Assembly (NCBI GenBank): GCA_965214775.1
Contig: OZ243974.1
Coordinates: 2,656,001-2,720,000 of the forward strand
DNA from: Nitrosopumilus sp.
GTDB taxonomy: Archaea; Thermoproteota; Nitrososphaeria; Nitrososphaerales; Nitrosopumilaceae
Length of the DNA: 64,000 bases
Direction of reading: 5' to 3'
Shown: piece after piece, positions 36,610 to 47,470 of the stretch
How the letters are laid out: every line of letters begins with the position of its first letter
Numbering within the stretch: the first letter of the stretch is position 1
Made by a program: the position numbers and the translations under genes
The notes under the pieces: model-generated
Database searches by the model: none
Told to the model about the DNA's origin: nothing
Seen by the model: only the letters and a program-made list of their open reading frames with translations

Positions 36610-39600
36610 CTAGCCGAGGCCTGCTGCATGCAGCAGCCGCATCTGCCAAGCCGACAGCTCGGCGCCATACACGCGAAGCTCGTCAAGCACCGAATCGGCC
36701 ATGCCGCGCTCTCCCGTGGTGGATGTCCTCACCGTAAACGCATGGTCGTTTGTTGTATTGCCTTCCAGTCCCAGACCCCTGCGGTAGCCGTCATAGTCCC
36801 GGTGCTCGCCGTCGATATACGCGTTCAGGCCCTCCTTTACACTAGAGCCGTCGTACGTGAATGCGATATGGTGCCATGCACCGTCTGACATGTTCAGGTG
36901 GTTGGGGGTGTGCACGTTTATGAATGTCGAGTTGTCGTGTATCGAGAGCAGGATCCTGTTGGGCGCCCCTCCCCATATCCACACGTACGAGCCCGGAAGG
37001 CCGAACGACTCTGCCTTGGACATAAGCATGGCACTAGCATTGACGGGCGCATCCTGCCTGAGCCAGAACGCAATGCTGAACGGGTCTGTCCGCCCAAAGT
37101 CAAAGTCGGCCTCACCAGCAAGGGTGACATTTGTGGAGCTGTCAAGCTGCAGCGCCCTGCCGATCCTGCCCTGCACATACGTGACATCTCCTGCAGCCGT
37201 ACCGTTGTTGTCCCCCGTGATATCGGCCAGGCTGCCCTCAAAGGACAGGCCTGCCACGAGCTCCTCGTAGGGGGCCGTGACTGTCACCGGATCTGCGATC
37301 GTGACCCATATGCCGCCCATCGGACTTCCGTCCCCGTCCACCAGGCCGACCCAGAACGCGCCTCCCGCTTCCGCGTCATCGGCCGTCCTCAACAGTATGG
37401 TATACTGGTATCCGAGCGCGTTGATCGTGTGGTACCTTACGTCGTATGCCGAGCCTGCGTGGTTGTCAAGCTCCATCGTGCGGCGCCGCTGCCCGGGAAA
37501 ATCGGTGCACACGGTCGTGTCACATGCAGAATCATCCGCGAATCCCCCAAAGTCGTCTACGGTAAGCGATCTGCTGTATACGGCAAGGGCGTCGTGCTTG
37601 TGCCTTGTGCCATCAAGGTTTACGGTATACTCGAAGGTCTGCCCCGGAAATATCCTGTCAGGGCCCGTGATCCTCCAGGTGGCGTGCTCGCCAGTTATCG
37701 TCTTTGCGGACGGCGGCATCACCGTTACGGGTATGCCGCCCACCTGGTTGTTGTTACCGTCCATCATGCCGACTGTGGCCTGTGTGCCCGCCGGCGCGTC
37801 GGCTGCCGGCTGCAGCAGTATGGTGTGGCTGGATCTGGACTTTTTCATCTTGTTGTGCATTGCAGTATACGGCGAGTCCTCGTCACTGACTATCTTGTAC
37901 GTGTCGTGCTTTTGTTCGGGAAACCCAGCGCATATGACGGTCTGACAGTCCGTATCGGGATCGTGCCACCCGATGTCCCGTTCTGGCGCCGTGCTGTACA
38001 CGGCAAGCGACTCCAGCCGCGGTCTTGCCCCGTCCTCGAGTGTTACGGTATACTCGAAGGTCTGCCCCGCGAATATCCTGTCAGGACCCGTCACGCTCCA
38101 CGTGGACCGGCCCGTGCTTACTGTCTGAGAGACGTCTAGGATGGTATCAGAGGCATCCACGTGTATGACAAACCAGTCCCTCTGCGAGTTTGCAGATTCG
38201 TCGGTTGCCATACATGACACCTCGGTGAATCCGGGTGCAAACGTCGATCCGGACTCGTGCGTGCATGATACTGCCACGACCCCGTCCACGAGGTCGGTGG
38301 CAGTCGGCGCATCGTAGCTGACTGCCGCCCCACGGCCGGCCGGATCATCCACATTTATGTTACGCAGGCCGGAGATGGCAGGCGGCGTGGTGTCCTGTAT
38401 TGTAACAGTCTGGGTTGCCATGGCAACATTGTCCGAGGAGTCCGTGGCAGTCCACGTTATTGTGGTGTTGCCCAGAGAAAACGACTCTGGCGCGTCGTTT
38501 GTTATCATCGGGTTGGGATCTGCAATGTCAGATACGGTGGGAGTCCCATAGTCGCCGGTATTCAGGACAGTCATCATGCCAGTAGCCTCTGCGGTATGGT
38601 CTGCAGACGCGGTGATCTGGGGCGGCGTCGTGTCTCGTATCGTCACAGTTTGGGTGGCCGTTGCCGCGTTGCCCGAGGAATCGGTAGCAGTCCACGTGAC
38701 TGTGGTGTCTCCCAGTGGAAATGATGCTGGCGCATCGTTTGTTATTGCCGGATCTGGATCTGCGATATCTGATACGGTGGCCTGCCCAATGGATATTGTG
38801 GTAAGTACGCCGGCAGCTTCGGTTGCGACATCCAGTGGTGCGGTAATATTTGGCAATGTCGTATCTTGTATGGTAACAGTTTGGGTGGCCGTTGCCGCGT
38901 TGCCCGAGGAATCGGTGGCAGTCCACGTGACTGTCGTACTGCCTAGAGGGAATGATGCTGGCGCGTCGTTTGTTATTGCCGGATCTGGATCTGCATTGTC
39001 GGTGGCAGTGGCCTGCCCTATGGATACTACCGTCAGTGCGCCGGCAGCCTCTGATGTGACATCTGGCGGTGACGTGATTTGGGGCGGCGTCGTGTCAGAG
39101 GAGGGGGAGGCAGTCACCGTGACGGCAAACGTGGTACTTGCGGTCTTGGAGTTTGCAGTTGCGCTCACCGTCACCGTGTGGGCACCCACATGCGAGGATG
39201 ACGTCGGGCTTATCGTTATGGTGCCGCTGCCACCGCTGCCTCCATCTGCGATGGTGACAAAGTCAGGACCCTCCGATACCGACAGGACGATGTCATCCCC
39301 ATCGGGATCCGATGCCGTTACCTGCCTTGTGGCAGTTTCCCCTTGCACCACCTCCACGTCCGGTATGGCAGAGATGGTCGGGGGCATGTCAGGGGCCGGT
39401 ACGGGTGCGGCCACCGACGAGGTGCCAGAGTGCAGTATGGCACCATCCATGTCCGGATCCAGCGAGTCTCCCACGTATGTGACTGTCACCGGCGTGTCAT
39501 ACGGTATTGTCTGGTTTAGTGTGAGGACGCGTGCAGGTGAGTTCTGGATGTTTTGTACGGACGATACCCTCCCGTGGCTGATCTCAAAGTCGGATGCAGA

Positions 39601-41901
39601 GAACATGTGGGAGGTGCTCTTTGAGAGCGTCAGGATTATGTTGATACGTCCGCTGCTCAGCGAGGAGCTAAACGTGATATCGGGCACGGCCGCCTCGGTA
39701 GGCGATATTACGATGTTGTCGATTTCCACGGGCTCGTCTTGCGTGCTGGACATTGCGTGGAACCGGAGCTTTGCCCAGTTCTCGGGTATTGTAAGACTGA
39801 TTGTGGAGCGCTCCCACCGGCCCGTGTCGTGGCCGTTGTTTTCGGTATACGAGGCAAGCGTGTTCCACGTCTCACGATCGGTGGTGTACTCTACATGCAG
39901 CCCCTCGTCCCTGTCGATCTTCCCTCCCACATACCGGTCAAAGGATATCGTGAGGGGCTCTACCGTGTTAAGCGGTGAATTGAGCAGAAGTATGCACGAG
40001 TCGTCGCATTCATCAGATGCTAGGACACGGTTTGTGGCCATGTCTGCGTCCGGTACCTTCTCGGTTGGGACAACCCTGAGCCACGTGCCGTCGCCAAACA
40101 GGCGCCAGAGGGAATGGGACAGGCGGGTCTCAAAGTCCTCGCTTACCCGCGTGACGGATCCGGATATGGGCGGGGGATGCACCGTCGCGTCTGCCGCGTT
40201 TGCAGTAAAGCTGCCGCCTGATGTGGGAGTCTTGACCACGGGGTTGCCAAATATATCTCGCGCGTTTGAAAACAGCAGCTGCACCTTCCCCTGCTCGCCG
40301 TCAAGCAGGTGCGGGTACGTGTATGTGGTTGGGGATGTCCTCGTCATTACCACCGCAGTCGTCGTGGCACCATCGGTAACGGTGATGATCGGCGGGAACC
40401 ATTCGTGGATGTCCTCGCTGAAGGTGGCGTTGATTGGCAGCGTTCCCCTCGTGGGTATGGATGACGGAAGCGTTATGGCTCCAGTCGGCATGACCGAGTC
40501 ATATGTCTGGGCCTCCCCTCTCAGCGAGGCGATGTGCGGGGCCGTTGCAAAGAGCACCCTGGCGTTCCAGTTTTCCACCGTGCCTGCAGGATCTAGTGTG
40601 CCAAAGAAAAAGCGGTGCGGGTCAGACCAGATTCGTTCCCGATCGCATAACTGCGTGCCATTGATCATAGCATCACAATCGACATCTCCCGATACCATAA
40701 TAGTGCTGGGAAGGTTTGTATTATCTGCACGATAACCCCGGCCATAACTGAATTCTGGGTTGGACATGTCATGTAGTGCCGCACCCTGCAGTGTCCCTAT
40801 GGCGACTGCAGCATAGTCGGTCATCACGCACGGGTGCGACATCACGGCAAACGCGCGGCTAGTCCCCTTTGCCAGTAACTCGCCGGATTTGACGCATTGT
40901 GCTGCAATGTTATGTTCAGTAGGATCGCCGTTGCTGGTGCCATTACGAAACGTGTCCTTGATCAGCATTATTACCAGATCCGCCTCATGGGTTTCTGCCA
41001 GGGTATGCACCCTTCTCAGACTTGGCGTGGTGGCGCCTATCAGATTCTCAAGATCGTCGTCTATGGAGTCTGCCTCAGTGTAGGACGCAAGACTGTTGTC
41101 TGCCAGCTCGATCATTATGGGAAGGTCGTTTTCACTGTACGTCCGATTGACATCTGCCACAATGTGTCTTGCCAATGACGATATGTTTGCATCCTCTTCT
41201 CGGATACTGGGTGTGCCTACAACTAGGATTCTGATGGTCACATCATCGCCAGTGTTTGGATCGCGGCGGTAGTCCGTCCATCCCATGTATGCCGATGCCA
41301 GCTGGGACATCATGTCGCGGTTCATGCTTGGCATCGTCGCAGATGATCTGTAGGCAGCAGTATCAGCAACCGCATTGTCTATGGGCGGGAATCTTGACGG
41401 ATCCAGCTCGAGCACCTCATGTACTGCTGTGGCGGAGACCGGCACAATGGCGTATGTCTGGCCATGCGTCTCTATCGTGCCAAATACATTGTTCCCCTCC
41501 ACTATGAGGATCGTGGGGGCACCCGAGCCGTCGGTGCCCACCCATGTAAGTATGCCGTCCTCCAGAGTAGAGTATTCGCGGATCACAACGATGTCCTGAT
41601 TCAGCGCCGAGAACCTGATGGTTTCGGTGGATGCTGACGGTGCGGCTACGGTCGCAAACGCTGTCCTTGCCGCATAGTTCGCATATACGCTGTGCTGCTC
41701 CACGCCGTCGTCCAGTATGGCAGTCACCAGATCCAGCGTCTGAGTCTGCGCGTAGACAGGATGGCCTGCCGCCCCCACCACCGCAATGCATATCAGGACC
41801 AGGACGGATGCTGTAACACAGCTGCGCGTTCTTGTGTCTGTAAGGATGCGGTCAGGACGTGGTATTCCAAGAGATATAATACTACCAGGTGTGCCGTCCA
41901 T
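36610..41901 (-). CDS. large surface protein: reprolysin-like, Ig/cadherin-like, HYR repeats, LamG
   Basis: Signal-like N-terminus, ADLV motif, repeated FPLGxTTVTWTATDSSGN..DTTPP (HYR), duplicated GPDRIFxGQTFEY unit, C-terminal WHHIAFTYDG..LDELRVY. Confidence 0.85.
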   Translation of the reverse strand: MDGTPGSIISLGIPRPDRILTDTRTRSCVTASVLVLICIAVVGAAGHPVYAQTQTLDLVTAILDDGVEQHSVYANYAARTAFATVAAPSASTETIRFSALNQDIVVIREYSTLEDGILTWVGTDGSGAPTILIVEGNNVFGTIETHGQTYAIVPVSATAVHEVLELDPSRFPPIDNAVADTAAYRSSATMPSMNRDMMSQLASAYMGWTDYRRDPNTGDDVTIRILVVGTPSIREEDANISSLARHIVADVNRTYSENDLPIMIELADNSLASYTEADSIDDDLENLIGATTPSLRRVHTLAETHEADLVIMLIKDTFRNGTSNGDPTEHNIAAQCVKSGELLAKGTSRAFAVMSHPCVMTDYAAVAIGTLQGAALHDMSNPEFSYGRGYRADNTNLPSTIMVSGDVDCDAMINGTQLCDRERIWSDPHRFFFGTLDPAGTVENWNARVLFATAPHIASLRGEAQTYDSVMPTGAITLPSSIPTRGTLPINATFSEDIHEWFPPIITVTDGATTTAVVMTRTSPTTYTYPHLLDGEQGKVQLLFSNARDIFGNPVVKTPTSGGSFTANAADATVHPPPISGSVTRVSEDFETRLSHSLWRLFGDGTWLRVVPTEKVPDADMATNRVLASDECDDSCILLLNSPLNTVEPLTISFDRYVGGKIDRDEGLHVEYTTDRETWNTLASYTENNGHDTGRWERSTISLTIPENWAKLRFHAMSSTQDEPVEIDNIVISPTEAAVPDITFSSSLSSGRINIILTLSKSTSHMFSASDFEISHGRVSSVQNIQNSPARVLTLNQTIPYDTPVTVTYVGDSLDPDMDGAILHSGTSSVAAPVPAPDMPPTISAIPDVEVVQGETATRQVTASDPDGDDIVLSVSEGPDFVTIADGGSGGSGTITISPTSSSHVGAHTVTVSATANSKTASTTFAVTVTASPSSDTTPPQITSPPDVTSEAAGALTVVSIGQATATDNADPDPAITNDAPASFPLGSTTVTWTATDSSGNAATATQTVTIQDTTLPNITAPLDVATEAAGVLTTISIGQATVSDIADPDPAITNDAPASFPLGDTTVTWTATDSSGNAATATQTVTIRDTTPPQITASADHTAEATGMMTVLNTGDYGTPTVSDIADPNPMITNDAPESFSLGNTTITWTATDSSDNVAMATQTVTIQDTTPPAISGLRNINVDDPAGRGAAVSYDAPTATDLVDGVVAVSCTHESGSTFAPGFTEVSCMATDESANSQRDWFVIHVDASDTILDVSQTVSTGRSTWSVTGPDRIFAGQTFEYTVTLEDGARPRLESLAVYSTAPERDIGWHDPDTDCQTVICAGFPEQKHDTYKIVSDEDSPYTAMHNKMKKSRSSHTILLQPAADAPAGTQATVGMMDGNNNQVGGIPVTVMPPSAKTITGEHATWRITGPDRIFPGQTFEYTVNLDGTRHKHDALAVYSRSLTVDDFGGFADDSACDTTVCTDFPGQRRRTMELDNHAGSAYDVRYHTINALGYQYTILLRTADDAEAGGAFWVGLVDGDGSPMGGIWVTIADPVTVTAPYEELVAGLSFEGSLADITGDNNGTAAGDVTYVQGRIGRALQLDSSTNVTLAGEADFDFGRTDPFSIAFWLRQDAPVNASAMLMSKAESFGLPGSYVWIWGGAPNRILLSIHDNSTFINVHTPNHLNMSDGAWHHIAFTYDGSSVKEGLNAYIDGEHRDYDGYRRGLGLEGNTTNDHAFTVRTSTTGERGMADSVLDELRVYGAELSAWQMRLLHAAGLG

Positions 41902-41906
41902 GATTC

Positions 41907-43511
41907 CTATCTCCTTATCTGATCCTCCAAAAGCCAGATGGTCTCGCCTATGTACCCTATCGGCCAGTCCTTGGCAAACACGATGTCGTCTCCCTCAAGA
42001 AACCAGACGTCTTGATCGTTAAGTGATGACTGCCTGTCTTTCTTGCTGGATGTGCTTTGGTCATCACCCTTAAACCAGACGGTCTTACCGTCTAGGGCAT
42101 CCACGTATATCAGCACGCCGTGGCCGCTGTTACATGAGATCCCGTCCACATTCCAGAAAGGGGTGGATGCCACCTGCGTGAGGTAGACGTAGCGCGGCCT
42201 GTCCTCCTCGGATCTGTCCGGTACGTCGATGACGCACCTGTCCAGCATGAATTTGTCGGTACGGGCAAACTCCAGCGCCCTCTTTATGGCCTCGGTTCTG
42301 TTCAGGACGGGATCCGGTACGGGATAGTCAGACCATCCGTTAAAACGCATTACGGTGGAACCGGAGTCGAATTTGAAGTCTATCCTGCCCGTGCCGTTGT
42401 ATTCGGCCTTGTAATGAGTTGTGTGCGGTTCCAAGTACTCCCTGATGTGCTCCTTGTACTTTGGATAGTTGTTGATGATCTCCTCTGCGGTGGGGTACGT
42501 GTCCGCCAGTCTTTGTTTGGTTTCCATGTGTTCATCACTGTATTCTGAACTGACACGTCCTCTCGCCATATTTAGATGTGAAAGATATGATTCGATGGTT
42601 CCCATATGCGGCCCGTATGCATCCAGTATTCCTGTTAGGCTGTGCCTTACCTCGGAGGTCTTCCCGTTGATCAGCGTGTACACAAAGTGATCATGGCCAA
42701 ATTGGTGTTTGCATTCATCATGTGGGCAGTAAAAGCCCCAGCCCTCAAAGCCCATGGCATCCATAAACTCCGTAATAAACCCGACATAGTCATGCCTGAT
42801 TACCCTTACTGAGCCCTCATCCCACCCCTGGTGGTTTATAAAGTTGCCCCCATACATGTTGTCGGATTTGAACCAGCCAGAGCCGGTTCCATGGCGGAAG
42901 ATGTATGCCTTTGCGCCAGAGTCCTCGTCGGGCTCCTCGTACTCTGCAGGTACGTACGATCGCACCTCCGGGGTTCTGACTGTGACGGTATCCCTGACTA
43001 TTGAATGGCCGGTCAGGTGTTCTGCAAACTTGCTTACCAGCTCGTCAAGCTCCGCCTTTGTAGTTCCATCCCTCCAGTATCCGGTTCGGTCGGGGTTCAC
43101 CATGACCGTCACGTCGATGGGCTCGCCGCGAAAGAACGTGACAAAGTGGCGCGGAACCCTGCCGTCTTCTGCATCGTCTATGTTGTTGGCGGCATCATCT
43201 GGTGTGCGACCGTCCTCCCGCATGACGACTTTCTGCGGCCCGTCAGGCACTGCGCGTACGACCGGTTCGAGTCCCAGCCGGTCTGCCGTGGACGGGCTCA
43301 CGCATGCGGGCCTATCGCCGGGGCGGATCACCAGTACCTTGCCCTCGCCGCACCTGACCTGGTCGGGTGCCACCCCGGATCTCAGCTGCTCGGCAGGGGA
43401 TGCGGGTGCGGCATGTGCGTTTGGCGCGTCGGGGGCGACAGCTGCCACATACAGTGCAATAATGCATAGTCCAAGCAACATGCACGGAACGACGACGATA
43501 GTCGTCTTCAT
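41907..43511 (-). CDS. secreted hypothetical protein
   Basis: Signal peptide, SPAEQLRSGV..C..ACV motif typical of thaumarchaeal exported proteins, PepSY-like YVDALDG tail. Confidence 0.75.
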   Translation of the reverse strand: MKTTIVVVPCMLLGLCIIALYVAAVAPDAPNAHAAPASPAEQLRSGVAPDQVRCGEGKVLVIRPGDRPACVSPSTADRLGLEPVVRAVPDGPQKVVMREDGRTPDDAANNIDDAEDGRVPRHFVTFFRGEPIDVTVMVNPDRTGYWRDGTTKAELDELVSKFAEHLTGHSIVRDTVTVRTPEVRSYVPAEYEEPDEDSGAKAYIFRHGTGSGWFKSDNMYGGNFINHQGWDEGSVRVIRHDYVGFITEFMDAMGFEGWGFYCPHDECKHQFGHDHFVYTLINGKTSEVRHSLTGILDAYGPHMGTIESYLSHLNMARGRVSSEYSDEHMETKQRLADTYPTAEEIINNYPKYKEHIREYLEPHTTHYKAEYNGTGRIDFKFDSGSTVMRFNGWSDYPVPDPVLNRTEAIKRALEFARTDKFMLDRCVIDVPDRSEEDRPRYVYLTQVASTPFWNVDGISCNSGHGVLIYVDALDGKTVWFKGDDQSTSSKKDRQSSLNDQDVWFLEGDDIVFAKDWPIGYIGETIWLLEDQIRR

Positions 43512-43632
43512 GTTGTCATCGCCTCAGACTTCCTATGTAAAGTCAAAAGTGTAAGCGGTGCTATCGTGATACGAGTCATGCGTGGTATGTGTTCCTGTAT
43601 AATATAAGCATGTATTTTGCTATAGTTTGTTG

Positions 43633-43782
43633 ATACAACATCAGGTCCTTTTTATACTGACAAGCCAACTTTTTTCCAAGAACCTTTTGATCATTTCGCA
43701 TCATCTGTTGTGACAGACTAGATACACTGTTACTGACACATCCTTTGTACATGCAAAACTGACTGACGCCGTGCATACAACA
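43633..43782 (-). mobile_element. 150-bp right-end copy of the IS66-like element
   Basis: Reverse complement of 13128-13277 with few differences. Confidence 0.85.
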
Positions 43783-44721
43783 TGGTGCGGACCCCAAAAA
43801 AGAAGGAACGATCTGCAATGCACACTTTTTTAGTTCGGAGGTCGAATCACAGATATGACCAAGAAAACAGGGAGTACACAGGACAAGATAGGGATAGTCA
43901 TGGAACACCTTAACACCAACATCGAAACGGCAGAGCTGTGCCGCCGCCACAACCTCTCCCCTATAGCAACGGTCATAAGTAATTGAGGGCCTTGACCGGC
44001 GATCTGTAAATGTACTTGTACATGCTAAGGTGGGCAAACGACACCGTCCTGTAGTACTCGGATATGGCATGCCGTAGCTCGCTGATTTTCCTGTACACTA
44101 TCCCCCTGAAAACAAAATGCTTGCCCAGGTTCCAGCACTCTTCCACGATATTGAGGTACGGCGATCCTTTCGGGATCATTATCAGTTTGACATAGGGATG
44201 ACCTGCCAGATATTTTGCGACATCAGTAGATCTGTGCACACTCCACCTGTCGCAAAAGACGGCAACCTTGCCAAACTTGGCGCGCAACGCCTCCAGACAT
44301 TCTATGAACTCCACCGACGTAAAAGATCCCGCAAGCGTCCTGAACAGCCTTCTGCCGTCTTCTGCGATGCTTCCAAACACGGCCACCTTTGTGTGATCCC
44401 CCGAATACGATGCCACGCTTCTGGTACCGACCGGACCCCACACGTATCTGTCATATGCGCCCTGCACAAAGAACGCCTCATCAGATGACACCAGCGTAAA
44501 ACCGTCGTTTTTCAGGCACGGAATACGCACGTTTTCAAGGTATCGCTGCCACGAGTATACCGAGTTTGGGGTGGCATGGTTGACATGTATGTTTTGCACC
44601 TTGCGGCGCGACAGGCCATGCTGGCGCATCATTCTCCGGACATGCTCTATGCTGTATTGTATCCCGGTGGCATCCCTTATGTCATCGCGTACCGTCATGA
44701 CATCGGCACTTTTGCATGCAG

Positions 44722-45880
44722 AGAGGTGATCCGAAATTAGAAATCGAGTGCCCCGTCCGCAGCCGTTCTGCTGCCGCCACTCAGGCCGCAGCAGCGATTC
44801 TGGCCAACGCCCTATCGTTGACCAGTCCGCACACGATACTGTTGGCAAGGTCGTACTTTTTGAGTGGGTTTCGGTACCGGTCGCCCATGATCCTGTATGT
44901 TTTGACCCTGCGTATGGTGTTCTCCACGTACACGCGTATCTTTGAGTGCGTGATATTGTACTCTTTTTCCGCATCAGTGAGCTTGCCGCCCGGTTTTTTC
45001 TTGATTGGGAGTATGACGTCCGTGCCTGCATCCACTGACTGTGCTCCCTGGTATCCGCGGTCCATGTAGTGACGCAGCTTTGTGCTCTTTTGTTGTTGTT
45101 GCGGCGCATCACCATCCCCGCCGCCGCCGGGACACTTTTTCTCTTTCTCTTTCTCCTTTCTTTGGTCGTACCGGAACGTGGGATGCCTCATCTGGTACAT
45201 TGTGATGTCGTTTACGCGTCCCGGAGAGTGGGGCGTCTTGTGCACTATGAGTCCGTGGATGTTGGTCGTATACTGAACCTTGACTGTGTGCGTGCCTGCC
45301 TTGCCTGAATAGTGCGATCTCTCCATGTCCTTTCTCTTGGGCCTGCATATCTTTTGCTCTGAGGCATCTGTCAGGCAGACAAGTTCTGGAAGTACGTCCA
45401 TTAGCTCCTCTACTGAGGATATTCTCTTGGTGCCCGAATAGATCTTTTCGGGGATCGACAGGCACTGCTTGAGAACCGGCGCAATCCTGTCAATTGTGCG
45501 CGAGACTGATGCCTGTCCTATTTCGAACATGGCAGATGCCACGTCCTGCGTGACGTACGTCCTGTAGTAGAACAGGGACAGCAGAAGACTCTCCTTTAGG
45601 TTCAGGGCAGTCGGGCGTCCTGCACCGATGTCACGCTTGCGGTCTTTTTTGGCAGAAAGCAGCCTCTTTCTGTCCATCTTTGGGTGTTTTTTTGCCACCT
45701 TTGCATACAACAAATCAAATTCGGGGGCAGTCATGCCGGCAAACATCCTGAATGTCCGGGGGTTTTTTGATAATTTATCAAACAACTTCATGAATTATGT
45801 ACATTTTGCCTGCATTTGGATCGGGTTGGTGTACAATATGTGCCCATTTGATCAAAATTTGCTAATTTCGAATCAACTCT
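44722..45880 (-). mobile_element. IS5 family element, likely autonomous partner of MITE family A
   Basis: AGAGGTGATCCGAAATTAG / CTAATTTCGAATCAACTCT ends; 3-bp duplication CAG. Confidence 0.92.
44781..45791 (-). CDS. IS5/ISL2-like DDE transposase
   Basis: TDASEQ, YSGKAGTH, MDRGYQG and RVYVENTIRRVK motifs. Confidence 0.9.
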   Translation of the reverse strand: MKLFDKLSKNPRTFRMFAGMTAPEFDLLYAKVAKKHPKMDRKRLLSAKKDRKRDIGAGRPTALNLKESLLLSLFYYRTYVTQDVASAMFEIGQASVSRTIDRIAPVLKQCLSIPEKIYSGTKRISSVEELMDVLPELVCLTDASEQKICRPKRKDMERSHYSGKAGTHTVKVQYTTNIHGLIVHKTPHSPGRVNDITMYQMRHPTFRYDQRKEKEKEKKCPGGGGDGDAPQQQQKSTKLRHYMDRGYQGAQSVDAGTDVILPIKKKPGGKLTDAEKEYNITHSKIRVYVENTIRRVKTYRIMGDRYRNPLKKYDLANSIVCGLVNDRALARIAAAA

Positions 45881-46420
45881 CAGTGGACAGGTCCATTATG
45901 GCTGCAATACTCTCTCTGTCCACCTTTGGCCTGCATCCGGAACGTGGAAGATCCCGGAGACCGTCTATGCCGCCCTCCGAAAACCTCGCCGGCCGGCTGC
46001 GCACGGAATTCTCACTGCCTGATTGATGGGGGTAGGTGACCACATACGATCTCCGAAAACCTCGCCGGCCGGCTGCGCACGGAATTCTCACTGCACCGGA
46101 TCCTTCTTGCAGTCTCGGGTACGCCCATGTCGTCTTCTAGCACAAACATCAGCGCCATGATCTTCTTGTAGACTTTGACATCCTTTTCCTTGCGCATGGC
46201 CTCTGACAGGATATCTGTTTCTTTTGCCATACATACTGCGCCAGTTACGTGATCATTATACTTTTCGAATGACCTTGTTTTGGCTCAAAGACTTATGCTC
46301 GTTGCTATAGGACGTTTTACCAGTGGAGGGAGCGCTTTTTGCAGGCAGGACGCGTCTCACTGTCGGGCAGGGGCCACAAGTCAACAGAGGAGCGCCTCAA
46401 TAGAGTTGTTGCTAAAAAAA

Positions 46421-47434
46421 TCAGATTCTTGCACATATCTGGGACGTAAACTCAGACGTGGATTTCTTGCCGCCAATATCCCTGGTTTTTACGCCGGATT
46501 TGACCAAATCAAATATTGCAGACTCTAATTTTTCCCCAACTTTGACGCATCTTGCGTCATTGTGCTTTGCCCCAAGCCAGTCAAGCATCATTTTAATCGA
46601 CAGTAAAAGTGACGAGGGATTTGCAATGTTTTGTCCTGCAATGTCAAACGCGGCACCGTGAACCGGCTCAAAGAGCGCAAAATCATCGCCAATGTTGGCA
46701 GCCGGCGCCATTCCCAGCCCGCCAACCACCTGTGATGACTCGTCGGACAATATGTCGCCAAACAGGTTGGTGGTCACAACGACGTCAAACTCCTGTGGTT
46801 GCCTGATCAAGTTCATGGCGCACGCATCGACATACATTTGCTCAAATAAAATGTCAGGATAGTCGCCTGAAACCTTGGCACATGCCTTTGCAAACATTCC
46901 GTCTGTAACCCTCATTACGTTTGACTTGTGGACGCAGGTCACCTTTTTCTTGCCGTTTCTCGTTTTGGCCGCTTCAAATGCATGTCTTGCAATCCTTTTG
47001 GATGCCTGCTCTGAGATAATTCTCAAGGCAACTGAGGAATCGCCCAGACTGAACTCTTTTCCGGTGTAGAGATCCTCAGTGTTCTCACGGACAATCACCA
47101 TGTCAATATCCTCACGCAGTGCAGGCATGTGTGGATAGGACTTTGCAGGACGGATGTTTGCATACAAGTCAAGCATTCTTCTTAATACGACGATTACGTC
47201 GGCAGCCGACTCCCCGACAGGCGCCTTTATGCAGGCATCAGACTGTTTTATTGCCTCAACTGTCCCATCGGGCAGGGCTTTTCCGGTTTCAGATAACGCC
47301 TTGTCGCCTGCCGGCAGTTTTGTGACATCAAATTTCAAATCCAGCTTGTCATGGATGGCCTCCAGTACGGACACTGCAGAATCGGACAGCTCAGGGCCGA
47401 TCCCATCTCCGGTAATCAACGAAATTCGATACAT
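46421..47434 (-). CDS. leuB: 3-isopropylmalate/isocitrate family dehydrogenase
   Basis: GDGIGPE, RENTE, NLFGDILSD and EPVHGAA motifs; follows leuA. Confidence 0.85.
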   Translation of the reverse strand: MYRISLITGDGIGPELSDSAVSVLEAIHDKLDLKFDVTKLPAGDKALSETGKALPDGTVEAIKQSDACIKAPVGESAADVIVVLRRMLDLYANIRPAKSYPHMPALREDIDMVIVRENTEDLYTGKEFSLGDSSVALRIISEQASKRIARHAFEAAKTRNGKKKVTCVHKSNVMRVTDGMFAKACAKVSGDYPDILFEQMYVDACAMNLIRQPQEFDVVVTTNLFGDILSDESSQVVGGLGMAPAANIGDDFALFEPVHGAAFDIAGQNIANPSSLLLSIKMMLDWLGAKHNDARCVKVGEKLESAIFDLVKSGVKTRDIGGKKSTSEFTSQICARI

Positions 47435-47470
47435 TTACAACATCACTGAAACCAAAGGGGATTTTAGGAT

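Larger units (their letters stand above)
43964..46307 (-). mobile_element. IS630 family element, copy 2, disrupted
   Basis: Same ends and TA duplication as 13547-14652; broken by an IS5-type element and a local duplication. Confidence 0.9.

Noticed and set aside
38576-40735. 719-aa plus-strand ORF
   Set aside because: Antisense shadow of the GC-rich HYR surface protein; the same applies to 36898-38139, 31405-32271 and 13647-14516.
43973-45115. 380-aa ORF as a novel protein
   Set aside because: Chance fusion of an alternate frame of the nested IS5 with the C-terminal part of the IS630 transposase.
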